A stretch of DNA of 61,593 bases, from positions 1-61,593 of the IMG/VR virus record IMGVR_UViG_3300032288_002010. The stretch is one strand, 5' to 3'. Below, piece by piece: positions 18,435-28,696 of this stretch; the first letter of the stretch is position 1; every line of letters begins with the position of its first letter. Position numbers and translations under genes: made by a program. Below the pieces are notes generated by a model. The model made no database searches and was not told the origin of the DNA. It worked only from the letters and a program-made list of their open reading frames with translations. Source of the DNA: a virus (taxonomy: Duplodnaviria > Caudoviricetes).

Positions 18435-20342
18435 TTATTCTTTTATGTTTGTTTCGTCCATGAACGAAGGTTTATTTTTTGACTCCTTTAAAATGTCTTT
18501 GTGACCATTGAATGCCTGCATCAATGATGATAATGATTCAAGTGATAATGGAGACTTGTTTTTGTATTTGTGTGTAGGTGATAAATCACTATCTCTATTA
18601 TTTTCTAATGTACCAAGTGGATCTTCACCAAATGGATATTTACTAGCGTCTTTTCTGCCAGTTTGATCACGTTTTTCGGCTAATTTAGGAGGTGTTTCTC
18701 CACCACCTGCACCTCCAGCTCCACCTGTTTCTCCACCGGATGGAGTAGCTTCTCCACCTGTTTCACCACCTGATTCTGGTGATGTAGATTCGCCGCCTCC
18801 AGTATCACCGCCACCGGCGGACCCCCCACCACCTTCTTCACCTTTTGATTTCAAGAAGTTGAGTGCTGGGTCGTTACCTTCTTCTTCAATTTGCTTGAAT
18901 CTATACGCACCCTTAGCATCATCAACAAGTTGTTTTTGTAGGGTAATCATATCTTGATCACTCATACTAAATACATTTTCATAAATCCACTTTTTGCTGA
19001 ACAATTTTTGTTCTTGCATGTCCTTGCTAACTTCAACCTTACTCTTCCAAACATCAATCTTTTCTTTTTCAAAAATAGTAGATGGGTTAGTTAATTCTAA
19101 AGTAAAATCAACCAATGATTCATCTCTATATCCTTGTGAGTATAAATGAATAACCGCAATCTTGTTCAATTCACTAACAATGATACGTTGTATACGTTGA
19201 ATTGTACGTGCAAAACGAATATCTTCTGCTGCCAATGTAGCTTTACCACTTAAACTTTCATCATATCCTAAGAATGCCTTTGGAATCTTAAGTGCTGCCA
19301 TCATCTTATTACGTAGATATTCAATATCGTCCGTACCTGTCCATTCAAGTCCAGGCAAATTACTAATATCAGTACCACTATCACCACCACGTACTGGCAA
19401 GAAAAAGTCTTCTACCATGTTTTGTAGATTAAAACGTAAATTATAATCACCAGTTGCTTGATCCAAGTATGGTGTCTTTTTCATCTGTGCGATAATACGT
19501 TCCATATGATTATCGACTTCATTTGGAGGAATATTACCAATATCAACTTTGAAAATACGTTTTTCAGGAGCACGCATGATACGATGAATTAACATTGCGT
19601 CTTCCATCAAACTCAATTGTTTCCATACACGACGAGCGCCTTCTAACATACTCTTACCATATGGTAAGAAGTTACTATCACTCAACAATCGGAAATGAGC
19701 CATTTGGTAGTTTTCAAGATCTTCAATTTTGTTACCATAAGGAAGATTAACTTGGAACTTTACAAAATTCTTATTTTCTAGATGGGCATTTTCTACACGG
19801 GTCACATAATATGAACTCAAAGGTTCAACCATGTAAACACCATATTCAGGACTAATGTGCAATCTCAAATAGAAATCACCATACTTTACCAAACTACGAG
19901 TCCAACTCCATAAATTAAATTCAATGTTTAGAATATCATAGAACAAATTGTTTAATATTTGTTTAATATCGTCGTTTGAGGATTGTACAGAAATGATATC
20001 ACCTAATTCATTTTTACTTGTACATTCATCCGCATAAATGTCTAAAGCGGATGCTAGGATTGGATCCATATCCATTGTATCATAGTCACGAAATAATTCT
20101 ACACGACTACTTTGATAACTAAGATTGAAATCTCTGGTATATTGATTATATGCGGTTGTACGTAATCTATTAAAACGATCTCTTAAACTATTACGATCTG
20201 TTGCATATTGAATTTCATCGGTATCTATAACCTTCAACTTTTTGCCGCCAATGTTTCTGACAATTACGTCATTACTAAACAAGCGCTTTAGTCTTGCAAA
20301 AAGTGATCTATTCTTTAATTCTTGAAATGCTTTATCAGTCAT
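18435..20342 (-). CDS. Portal protein (T4 gp20-like) with Gly/Glu-rich C-terminal extension
   Basis: LMEDAMLIHRIMRAPEKRIFKVDIGN, EDFFLPVRG, LPG, ALKIP. Confidence 0.93.
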   Translation of the reverse strand: MTDKAFQELKNRSLFARLKRLFSNDVIVRNIGGKKLKVIDTDEIQYATDRNSLRDRFNRLRTTAYNQYTRDFNLSYQSSRVELFRDYDTMDMDPILASALDIYADECTSKNELGDIISVQSSNDDIKQILNNLFYDILNIEFNLWSWTRSLVKYGDFYLRLHISPEYGVYMVEPLSSYYVTRVENAHLENKNFVKFQVNLPYGNKIEDLENYQMAHFRLLSDSNFLPYGKSMLEGARRVWKQLSLMEDAMLIHRIMRAPEKRIFKVDIGNIPPNEVDNHMERIIAQMKKTPYLDQATGDYNLRFNLQNMVEDFFLPVRGGDSGTDISNLPGLEWTGTDDIEYLRNKMMAALKIPKAFLGYDESLSGKATLAAEDIRFARTIQRIQRIIVSELNKIAVIHLYSQGYRDESLVDFTLELTNPSTIFEKEKIDVWKSKVEVSKDMQEQKLFSKKWIYENVFSMSDQDMITLQKQLVDDAKGAYRFKQIEEEGNDPALNFLKSKGEEGGGGSAGGGDTGGGESTSPESGGETGGEATPSGGETGGAGGAGGGETPPKLAEKRDQTGRKDASKYPFGEDPLGTLENNRDSDLSPTHKYKNKSPLSLESLSSLMQAFNGHKDILKESKNKPSFMDETNIKE

Positions 20343-20367
20343 ATTTTACCGCCATATATATAAGTAT

Positions 20368-21969
20368 TTATAACAACCATTTTAAGCTTTCTTTTTTACC
20401 GTTTACATTAGCATTTGGACTAAACTCCCACGATTCAGACATCTGTCCAAGTGGTTTTGTTAACATAGGTTGATTACTAACACTAGTAACTTTATTAATA
20501 CCAGCCAACATTTGTCTATTGTAAGCGATTTGTTCGTTTCTGAGTCTTAATGCTGTTTCACGTACCCATAATCCAATACCCATAGACATAACTAAATCAT
20601 CGTTATATCCACGCATTGCTTCTGCTTTTGGACCATTCCATATGAATACATTCAACTCTTCAAACAATCGTTTAGACTTCATAATTACTTGTTTTTGTCT
20701 AAAAAATAGTTCCAATCCACTCACAATTAATGGACGATTTCTGGATGTTGTTGTAAATCCAGGTACCAATTTTTTATCTTGTGTGTTTAATTTATTGCTA
20801 TATGTTTTTTCTACATCTACAATAGTAAGATCAGATGCACTATAAAATGTATTCTGGTAGTCTCTATCAATGATCTGTTGAAGTGTTCCCCAACCTACGT
20901 TGTTGTTTTCTACAACCAATAGTGCGTTATTATATTCGGTTGCAACACTAACCAGTAGATTACCATAATCTTTGGTAGTTAATTGTCCTCTATATTCTGC
21001 GACTTGTTCTAATGTTTCAACGTCAATAACATGAAATGCACTAAAATCTCCACCATCTCCTCTAGCACAATCCGCAGTTAATAGATAATTTTTACTATAA
21101 TTTGGATAATCCCATATCCATAAGTCTTGATTATTCCCTCGTTTTTCTACAGGATCTTTAATATACGTCTGTTTATAAAACTCTAAAACCTCTACACTTA
21201 CAACTTGATTACCAGATGTACTAAAGTCACAATCACACTCTTGAGCAGCACCTTTTACACCGGATAATTCAGTTTGTTTATCTCTCCAAGCTTGATCTCT
21301 TTCTGGATGTAAATGCCATGGCAAACGAATGGTCTTGAAATTGTTTTTACCCTCTTCAGCATCAACCCAAGTCTTATGAAAGAAGTTGCCTACACCATTT
21401 GGAGTACTCAATATAATAGCTCTACCGCCAGTAGATAGTGTATATTGGGCTGACAACCAGATTTCTTCAATACCATCAATAAATGCAGCTTCGTCAATAA
21501 TTAGTAAGGATAGTGCAGATGAACGACCTGCGGTACCAGCGGATGATACTGCTTTAATCTGAGAACCATTCTTTAAACGAAGTGATAAACGATTGTCTTC
21601 TACGCATGGTACTTTCAACCAAGATGGCAAGTTATCGTTAGCAAATCTGACCTTGGTAACAATTTCCTTTGCGGTTTCCTGTGTAATACTAATACATAAA
21701 ATGTTCTTATCATTGTGGAATGTCATCAACCACAAACTATAAGCTGCAGTAAGAGTACTAATACCCATCTGACGACTTTTAAGAACAATGTTTAATTGAT
21801 TGTCAACAAAGTCTTGAAGAGCATTTTCTTGGAACGGATATAGTTCAAACCCAACCGTTCCTCTTATAGGATGTTGAATCTTTACATACTTCTTCATGAA
21901 GTATATAGGATCTTCTATACATCTCTTATACTCTTGCTTTATTATCTCTCTTAAGTTTGGCTGACTCAT
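20368..21969 (-). CDS. terL: Terminase large subunit
   Basis: Walker A KSRQMGIST, Walker B LLIIDEAAF, STPNG, nuclease ADCARGDGGDFS and DDLVMS. Confidence 0.95.
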   Translation of the reverse strand: MSQPNLREIIKQEYKRCIEDPIYFMKKYVKIQHPIRGTVGFELYPFQENALQDFVDNQLNIVLKSRQMGISTLTAAYSLWLMTFHNDKNILCISITQETAKEIVTKVRFANDNLPSWLKVPCVEDNRLSLRLKNGSQIKAVSSAGTAGRSSALSLLIIDEAAFIDGIEEIWLSAQYTLSTGGRAIILSTPNGVGNFFHKTWVDAEEGKNNFKTIRLPWHLHPERDQAWRDKQTELSGVKGAAQECDCDFSTSGNQVVSVEVLEFYKQTYIKDPVEKRGNNQDLWIWDYPNYSKNYLLTADCARGDGGDFSAFHVIDVETLEQVAEYRGQLTTKDYGNLLVSVATEYNNALLVVENNNVGWGTLQQIIDRDYQNTFYSASDLTIVDVEKTYSNKLNTQDKKLVPGFTTTSRNRPLIVSGLELFFRQKQVIMKSKRLFEELNVFIWNGPKAEAMRGYNDDLVMSMGIGLWVRETALRLRNEQIAYNRQMLAGINKVTSVSNQPMLTKPLGQMSESWEFSPNANVNGKKESLKWLL

Positions 21970-22573
21970 ATTGTATTTCTAATTCTGATATTTCAGAGTC
22001 TATATTTGATAGACGTTCATTTATAACCTCTAGATCTTTTGTGACATCTTCAAGTATTTTAGAAAAGTTTTCTACACCACTCCAACGTTCAATAGTGCCA
22101 TCTTCTTCAGAAAACTCAATGTTTTTACCATTGTTTTGTTCACACCACTTTTTTGTTTCCTCAAACTTTTGTTTATAATCTTGAAGAGCAGATCTTACGT
22201 TTTTAAGTTCACGAATTTTATTGAATGTATCCCAGATTCCTAATGTTTTGAGTCTGGTTTCCTCATTTGTAAAACATTCATAACATAGTCCGGTTTTTGG
22301 CCAAGTTCTATCGTCCAAGTAACTACCCCAGCGAACATCCATATTACAACAAGTACATCTTTGTTCTATAACAAGTGTTGCACGTTTTGGAACTCTACGT
22401 TTGCTTCCATTTTTCCATACCCATTTTCTACCTTGACTATCCTCCCATTCTTCACCCTCTTTACGTTTTGCGTTTTCCAAGTTAGGATCATATCCTACTT
22501 GGATGAATGGACGAACTCCATCAACATAGTCTTTAACAATATCTAGATTGTTTTTACCCGATGCTCTTTTCAT
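21926..22573 (-). CDS. Hypothetical protein with Cys pairs and coiled coil, directly upstream of terL
   Basis: RKEGEEWED..GRKW; CTCC...CYEC. Confidence 0.6.
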   Translation of the reverse strand: MKRASGKNNLDIVKDYVDGVRPFIQVGYDPNLENAKRKEGEEWEDSQGRKWVWKNGSKRRVPKRATLVIEQRCTCCNMDVRWGSYLDDRTWPKTGLCYECFTNEETRLKTLGIWDTFNKIRELKNVRSALQDYKQKFEETKKWCEQNNGKNIEFSEEDGTIERWSGVENFSKILEDVTKDLEVINERLSNIDSEISELEIQYESAKLKRDNKARV

Positions 22574-22591
22574 AACAAATATGTATTTAAT

Positions 22592-23626
22592 TTATTTCTT
22601 AAACTTACTTTCCAGACCTTTTATAATAAAACTTCCTGTAATTTTAAACGGATTATTGTAAATGTTTGGATCTCTAACTACTATTCCTTCGTGTTTATCT
22701 AGATCTCCAATTTCACTAGTAGCATTCTTTAATACTTCATCTCCTAATTTAATTGTTGCTAAATAAACAATGGTATCATTTATAACCTTTTGAATATCTT
22801 GACCCGTGAAATCTTGTGAAATATTTTTGCTGTTTGAAGCATTAATAAATTGTTCACGGGTAATAAGCGGTAAATTAATTTTTACATTTTTTAACCAATC
22901 CTTTAACGACTTGGTTTCAGCTACTTCTGTAGGATATAAAGTTATTGGTTCTCTCAATACTTTTGCTAAATTTGGATCGGCTTTGAAAGATGTACCAACA
23001 CTTCCTAAAACTTTGAACCCATACTTCATCGCAACCTTATTTAATTTATTGATATAAGACTGCATTGCCGCTTTATCATATGGTATTTCCACAGCTACAC
23101 GGGATTTAACACTACCATCCTTACCAAATGTTTTTGGTTTGATCTCCTTTAGTCCGTGTATCGCTAAGAAATTCCCTATATCTCCATATCCAACAACATT
23201 GGTGGTTCCTTCAACATATTCAATATTGAACAAGATGTTTGGATTGTCTAACAAACCCAACTTTTTTAATTCGGATTTGGTGCTTGGAATAGCTTCATCA
23301 AAAATGTTTATTACTTTTGTTCCTATATTAATAAATCCATGGCCAGGTTCAAATCTGTTAGGCAAATCTTCTGGTCTCATTCCTTTAATATCAAGTGGTT
23401 TTGCACTACCACGATCCATTACAAATTGACCATTAGATAATCTAATACTAGCATTTACACCATCGATTTTAACACTACCACCACCTTGTTTTAGTGATTC
23501 GACTGCTTTAACAAATACATTTACTAAATCTTTTCCGTTGGATGAAAAATCGAATGGATGTGCCATATGACCTCCAGCTCCACCTTCTTTAATCATTTCG
23601 TTCAAAATATTATTCAGCTTTATCAT
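22592..23626 (-). CDS. Ligase-superfamily nucleotidyltransferase-like protein
   Basis: Motif I KIDG, III NIEY, IV EGIVVR, V FKI; N-terminal MIKLNNILNE leader. Confidence 0.55.
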   Translation of the reverse strand: MIKLNNILNEMIKEGGAGGHMAHPFDFSSNGKDLVNVFVKAVESLKQGGGSVKIDGVNASIRLSNGQFVMDRGSAKPLDIKGMRPEDLPNRFEPGHGFINIGTKVINIFDEAIPSTKSELKKLGLLDNPNILFNIEYVEGTTNVVGYGDIGNFLAIHGLKEIKPKTFGKDGSVKSRVAVEIPYDKAAMQSYINKLNKVAMKYGFKVLGSVGTSFKADPNLAKVLREPITLYPTEVAETKSLKDWLKNVKINLPLITREQFINASNSKNISQDFTGQDIQKVINDTIVYLATIKLGDEVLKNATSEIGDLDKHEGIVVRDPNIYNNPFKITGSFIIKGLESKFKK

Positions 23627-24395
23627 ATGGTTTTAAAAATGTTTTATCAAATACTCTGATTGCTTTATCATAGGATCGTTTGGTTTCGTCTGTATCGTCT
23701 TGTGTAAATTGCCAATTCCAAAACAATTGATCGGGGGTTTGAAATTTATAGTAGTCGCCTAACACAGCTTTTTGTGTGTCTACGACTTGTTTTCCGTGCC
23801 AGTTTTGTCCAACAGCAATAAATCCAGCTTCAATGTCTTTCACTACATTCTTTTCCCCTAACGTAGAATGTCTATTTTCAATCCAAGTTAATCTCTCAAT
23901 TAACTTCTGATAGTATCCATTGGCCTGTCCCCATCTAACACTTGCAAAAAATACAACGCAATCGCTTTCAAATAATTCTTTGGTAATCTTCCAAAGTTCG
24001 TCGTTTTTATTATTTAAACTAGCCCAACAACGATGATATCCACTTGGATTTTTGTCGTCATCTTTGAGTAAAGCTCCTTTTACGCCACAATGATTGCCAT
24101 CATATTTCAGATTACTACTTACATTGCCTTCACAAGGAGCTATATTTAAACTAGGTACTTCAATTAATGTTACTTTCTCTTTACCTAATAGTTCTTGTAT
24201 TTTGATCGCTAACTGTGTACTTTTTGGAACATCGTCTTTGTGTTGACTCCATCTATTACTTGTAGTCAATAGTAATATTTTGTTCTTTGTACGTAAATAG
24301 TCAATAGTCTTCTTGTATTTACGAGCATAAATATCCATATCTTGCTCGCTTTGAGGAAGTTTGGCTTCTAGTAATATATCTGAAAGACTAATCAT
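23610..24395 (-). CDS. Flavodoxin-fold protein (NADPH-dependent FMN reductase / iron-sulfur flavoprotein-like)
   Basis: LLTTSNR...S, PCEGNVS...HC...RCWAS, SDCVVFFASVRWG, KLIERL. Confidence 0.7.
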   Translation of the reverse strand: MISLSDILLEAKLPQSEQDMDIYARKYKKTIDYLRTKNKILLLTTSNRWSQHKDDVPKSTQLAIKIQELLGKEKVTLIEVPSLNIAPCEGNVSSNLKYDGNHCGVKGALLKDDDKNPSGYHRCWASLNNKNDELWKITKELFESDCVVFFASVRWGQANGYYQKLIERLTWIENRHSTLGEKNVVKDIEAGFIAVGQNWHGKQVVDTQKAVLGDYYKFQTPDQLFWNWQFTQDDTDETKRSYDKAIRVFDKTFLKPYDKAE

Positions 24396-24682
24396 TTTGC
24401 TAAATTGTCTAATTTATTTTGCATAGTCATACCACGAATAACTTCGGGAGTACCACCATTATCTCTATTAAAATATCGTTTGTAATTACTCAGTGCTACG
24501 TTCAACTTGTCTTTATCAATAGGTTCTTTTGATATAATATCTTTGATCATCTTTAAATTATTCACGACCAAAACGTTTGTATCACTGATTACTTCATCTA
24601 TTAACTTTAAAAGAGATGGATCTACAGATTCTTTAACATGTGGTTTAGTTAAATCCTCAACAATTCGTGTCAATAGTATCAT
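24392..24682 (-). CDS. Hypothetical protein with MILLTRIVE leader
   Basis: TATTTATA at 24686-24693, 3 nt before ATG. Confidence 0.6.
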   Translation of the reverse strand: MILLTRIVEDLTKPHVKESVDPSLLKLIDEVISDTNVLVVNNLKMIKDIISKEPIDKDKLNVALSNYKRYFNRDNGGTPEVIRGMTMQNKLDNLAK

Positions 24683-24705
24683 GATTATAAATATCTAAAT
24701 TAAAT

Positions 24706-24734
24706 AAAAAACCCCACCTTTTTAGGGGTGGGGT
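24706..24734 (-). terminator. Rho-independent terminator after tail sheath
   Basis: accccacc...ggtggggt stem with U-tract on the - strand. Confidence 0.8.
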
Positions 24735-24754
24735 CTTGTTTTATTCTATTTCAA

Positions 24755-27700
24755 TTAGATATTGAAACTTGCACCAGTTGGTAGAATGTTGAAGTCAAGG
24801 ATAATGAATTCAGCGGTTCTAGTTGGTTGGATGAAGATTTGACCATATAGAATATTTCTATCAATTAGGTCAGGAGTATTGTTTTGTTCATCCATCTTAA
24901 CTTGGTAAGCATAGATACCATTACGTTGTTGTACAGATTCCAAGTAAGGATTTACGATACTCAAGAATCTATTACGTGTAGCAGCTACGTTTTGTTCGAA
25001 TACCAAGTAGTTGCTTGAACTTGCGACGAACTTCTTCAAGTTGATCAACAAGCGACGAACATTGATACGATCCAAGGCACTTGGAGCAATTTGTAGAGTC
25101 TTTTGACCCCATACACAAATACCTTGGCCAGGGAATGCTGCGATTGGATTTACACGACCTTCATACAAGGTGTCACGTTCGTTATGAGTCAAACGATCAA
25201 GTACTTGTACTGCGGTTGGAATACCACCACGATTTAGACCGGCTGGTGCGTACCATTCGGCAGCAGCGTTGTCGTTAGCAGCGTAAACTGCTGGCAATAC
25301 TACTGAAGGTGGAACGCTAATAACCTTGTTGGTATTAGTATCTAGGATCTTAACCCAAGGATAATAAGTACATACATAGTTACTATCAATTGTTGCTACG
25401 CTGTTGATAGCTGCATCAATTAATCCAACGGTTTGGTTACTTGCTGGGAACACGATGTTATCCATGATGTAGAAACAATCGCCACGAGCTTCGCACATAT
25501 CGATAGTAATCTCGGTTACGTAGCTGTGTTGTTCACGGAAGATACCAGGCAACACAATCAAGTTGATATCAAATTCATCAGCGTTACCTAAAGCAGCAAT
25601 AGCTTGTTTATAAGCAATGCTACCTGGGCTGTTGATATTTGTACAATCTAGACCTTGTGTATTACCGGCGGTAATATCACTACCGATGTTGATTGGAATT
25701 GCTGGCCATTGACCATCAAATCCACCTTGGAAACCTACCAAGAACTTACGCAACTTGACGTAGGTTGATTCATTTACTGGATCATAGTTACTTGGAATAC
25801 TACCACTTAGGGTTGGTGACAATAGTGATCCTGTTCCATTTGCATAGAACTTAGCACTATCGGTACCCCATGTCTTGTCTTCCAAGTCGAAGTCAATATT
25901 TACACCATTTACACTACTTGGTAGTGGTTTGAAGTATTGATATGTATCATTATATACACCCACGTTAGCAGATGATGTAGGATACAATGAGGTCAATTCA
26001 TCATCAGCTTGTGGTACTGCGTTAAACACTGTACCAGAAGCATATTTACCAGGAGCCAATGACCAGATACTTGCTTTGCTGTATCTTACTGGAGGAATAA
26101 TATCAGCCAAGGTACCAGCAACTGGAGTTGAATATGATTCAAATCCATATGGAACAGATACTTCTGGATATAAACCATCAGCCATTTCAATTCTGATAAA
26201 TTGACTCAAGTTTGCGTATGTACCAAACTCAATAATTTTACCAGCAAATGTAATGTAAGCATATCTATCACCAATTCTACGAGCAATGAAGTTAGCAGAT
26301 GCAGGATCTAGATTCAAGTTTTGATAAATTTCCAAATATTTTGGACGCTTATCAGTATCACTATAAGCACGTACTGCCAATGTGAAACTACCCCAATCAC
26401 TACCTGGGACTGTACCAGACAACTTAACGTTGCTGATTTCAATCTTATACTTCTTATTACTCAAAGTACCATCGCTCAATGTGTGTACTTTAAACAATTG
26501 GAATTTGGTTGGAGTGGAAGCACCAGATGCACTACCTTTGAATGGAGCAATCTTTTGAGAATAGATCCATGGAGTATAAGCATTTGTGATACTGAATTGG
26601 CTATCACCAGCATTCAAGTTTGTGCTGTATTGATCGACGAACTTTAGAGGTTCACCAACTGCAAATCCTGTTTCAGGAGCAGTCTTAGCAGACAATCTCC
26701 AACCGCCGCCTTCTGCACTTGGACGAGTCTTTTCTGCTACGAATCTTTGAATACTATCATTGAACAACAAGTAGTTGTAGGCAGCTTCTACTTTTTGTCC
26801 AGCAACTTGTTTAGCAGGATTACCAGCGGTAGGATCCATACCAAATACGTTTGCAATATAATTATTATCACTTTCATTTAGGGTGAAGTCATAGTAACCA
26901 TATGTTCCCGAACTTGTGCTACCATCATTATTTGCGAAGTTATACTTCAAAATTAGTTGATAAGCATTTTCGTTTGGATTGATTAATCCCTTATATGGGA
27001 ATACTGAACTTGTCAATTGACTCAAGGTTGATGTGTCAAATCCAAATACTTCATAGCTACTATTGAATTGGGTTGAACCATTTTGAGTATTATTCAAAAC
27101 AGCCAATACCATCTTGGTTCTAGCAGATGTGTTTGGATTACATGGATCTCCACCTGAATTATCTTGACTTGTGAATGTACCATTGAAATCACCATAAGCA
27201 CCACCAATTAGACCCAAGAATTGTAGTGAAGAACCACAACTGGTTGAACTTCTAATAGATTTTACACTTGCGCTATATACTGATAAGATACCATTTACAT
27301 CAAATGTAGTTGTATCGTAATCCAAGGAAATCTTGGCACTTGAAGTCATTGATGCTGAGAAGTAAGCAACCGTTTCAGAACTTTCATTGAAAGCTGTAGA
27401 AACCTTAACTTCTGGACTTACGTTTTGAGATTGTACACTGGAACTTAGATAGTAATAACCAGCAAATAATCCAGATGTTGGAGTTACTCCTGTGATCTTT
27501 CTATACAAATATGTGTTAGCACCAGAACTATTTGTTGTGCTTACTGTTCCAATATTTACTTGTTTTCCAGCATACAATACTGAACCACTTAGTGATCCGC
27601 CTGTACCATTGTACCCAGATGGATAGTTACTTGTAGCGGCCTTTGGAGCAAACTTACCGTTAACTGTACCATTTAGTCTCAAACGAGATGTATCATATCT

Positions 27701-28696
27701 ATAAACAAATGCTGCAGTTGATTTTGAACTGCTTATACTTGCATTACTAAAATCAAGAGTATTGTTTGAGGCATATTTACCCAATACCAAACCATAAGTT
27801 ACATCATTACCACTTAGAGTATAAGATGCGGTCAAATAGTTATAATATGGTAGTGAACTTGCCAAATATGATGATGAATAAGTAACTGAATATCTTGTTG
27901 ATCCGATAGAAGCGGAAACTACACCCGCGATTAAAGATCTATCATAATCAAAATTTGCCAACGTATAATCACTAGAACCACCTGGTGGTTGAACCTTGCT
28001 GCCTTGTTGTACTACAGATGCACTAAAGATGTAACTATTTCTAGTGGTTGCGATCTTAAACAACTTACCTTTACTACCAGAAGCAGCTAGTGATGCGGAT
28101 AGTGTAGTACTATTTGTTGCGGTAGGCCATCCAATAGATACTAGGAATTGTGCAATTTCTGTATTTGTAGCTTTGGTGACGTTTACAGATGAAGAAATTG
28201 TTCCAGTAGTACCTGCTATACCACGAATTCCCGTCACGCTCGATGCGATTGTTGAAGAACTATATTCAAGAATGATGTTTGATGTATAGGAATCACTATC
28301 CAAATACATGAATGATGCAGTGGTCAAAGCACCCAAGTCGCTATTTCTGTTCCAGTAACCTGGTTCAGCGTATACAACTAATGGATTCTTTTGCCAGTAT
28401 CCGGTTAGACCGCCGATACGAACGACGGTTACTACACCTTGTTGAATTAAATATTCTTTGGCAGTGTATGGACCATAATATACCCCGTCAGCTACGCCGA
28501 AACGTTGTTCGAGCATTGCTACTTCGGTCATTCTTGCTGGGAAGAATGCTGGTCCATCTGAAAATGGTGCTACGATGGCACCTCCGATATTGGCTACGCC
28601 TTGGGCTAGCCCTGACAAGTCATTTTCTCTGGTAAATACACCAGGACTTACTATATTTTGTGTTGGTGAAAATCTTCCACCTTCTTGTATTGGCAT
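24755..28696 (-). CDS. Contractile tail sheath protein (gp18-like) with large Ser/Thr-rich insertions
   Basis: VSPGVFTRE start; WYAPAGLNRG, VNPI, WGQKTL, DRINVRRL, PTRTAEFI. SD GAAAGGA; TATTTATA at 28728-28735. Confidence 0.93.
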   Translation of the reverse strand: MPIQEGGRFSPTQNIVSPGVFTRENDLSGLAQGVANIGGAIVAPFSDGPAFFPARMTEVAMLEQRFGVADGVYYGPYTAKEYLIQQGVVTVVRIGGLTGYWQKNPLVVYAEPGYWNRNSDLGALTTASFMYLDSDSYTSNIILEYSSSTIASSVTGIRGIAGTTGTISSSVNVTKATNTEIAQFLVSIGWPTATNSTTLSASLAASGSKGKLFKIATTRNSYIFSASVVQQGSKVQPPGGSSDYTLANFDYDRSLIAGVVSASIGSTRYSVTYSSSYLASSLPYYNYLTASYTLSGNDVTYGLVLGKYASNNTLDFSNASISSSKSTAAFVYRYDTSRLRLNGTVNGKFAPKAATSNYPSGYNGTGGSLSGSVLYAGKQVNIGTVSTTNSSGANTYLYRKITGVTPTSGLFAGYYYLSSSVQSQNVSPEVKVSTAFNESSETVAYFSASMTSSAKISLDYDTTTFDVNGILSVYSASVKSIRSSTSCGSSLQFLGLIGGAYGDFNGTFTSQDNSGGDPCNPNTSARTKMVLAVLNNTQNGSTQFNSSYEVFGFDTSTLSQLTSSVFPYKGLINPNENAYQLILKYNFANNDGSTSSGTYGYYDFTLNESDNNYIANVFGMDPTAGNPAKQVAGQKVEAAYNYLLFNDSIQRFVAEKTRPSAEGGGWRLSAKTAPETGFAVGEPLKFVDQYSTNLNAGDSQFSITNAYTPWIYSQKIAPFKGSASGASTPTKFQLFKVHTLSDGTLSNKKYKIEISNVKLSGTVPGSDWGSFTLAVRAYSDTDKRPKYLEIYQNLNLDPASANFIARRIGDRYAYITFAGKIIEFGTYANLSQFIRIEMADGLYPEVSVPYGFESYSTPVAGTLADIIPPVRYSKASIWSLAPGKYASGTVFNAVPQADDELTSLYPTSSANVGVYNDTYQYFKPLPSSVNGVNIDFDLEDKTWGTDSAKFYANGTGSLLSPTLSGSIPSNYDPVNESTYVKLRKFLVGFQGGFDGQWPAIPINIGSDITAGNTQGLDCTNINSPGSIAYKQAIAALGNADEFDINLIVLPGIFREQHSYVTEITIDMCEARGDCFYIMDNIVFPASNQTVGLIDAAINSVATIDSNYVCTYYPWVKILDTNTNKVISVPPSVVLPAVYAANDNAAAEWYAPAGLNRGGIPTAVQVLDRLTHNERDTLYEGRVNPIAAFPGQGICVWGQKTLQIAPSALDRINVRRLLINLKKFVASSSNYLVFEQNVAATRNRFLSIVNPYLESVQQRNGIYAYQVKMDEQNNTPDLIDRNILYGQIFIQPTRTAEFIILDFNILPTGASFNI

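Noticed and set aside
20368-21969. Intein or intron in terminase
   Set aside because: Normal length with contiguous motifs; no splicing or homing-endonuclease signatures seen.
21926-22573. Small terminase call
   Set aside because: Position fits, but no recognisable TerS motif; left as hypothetical.
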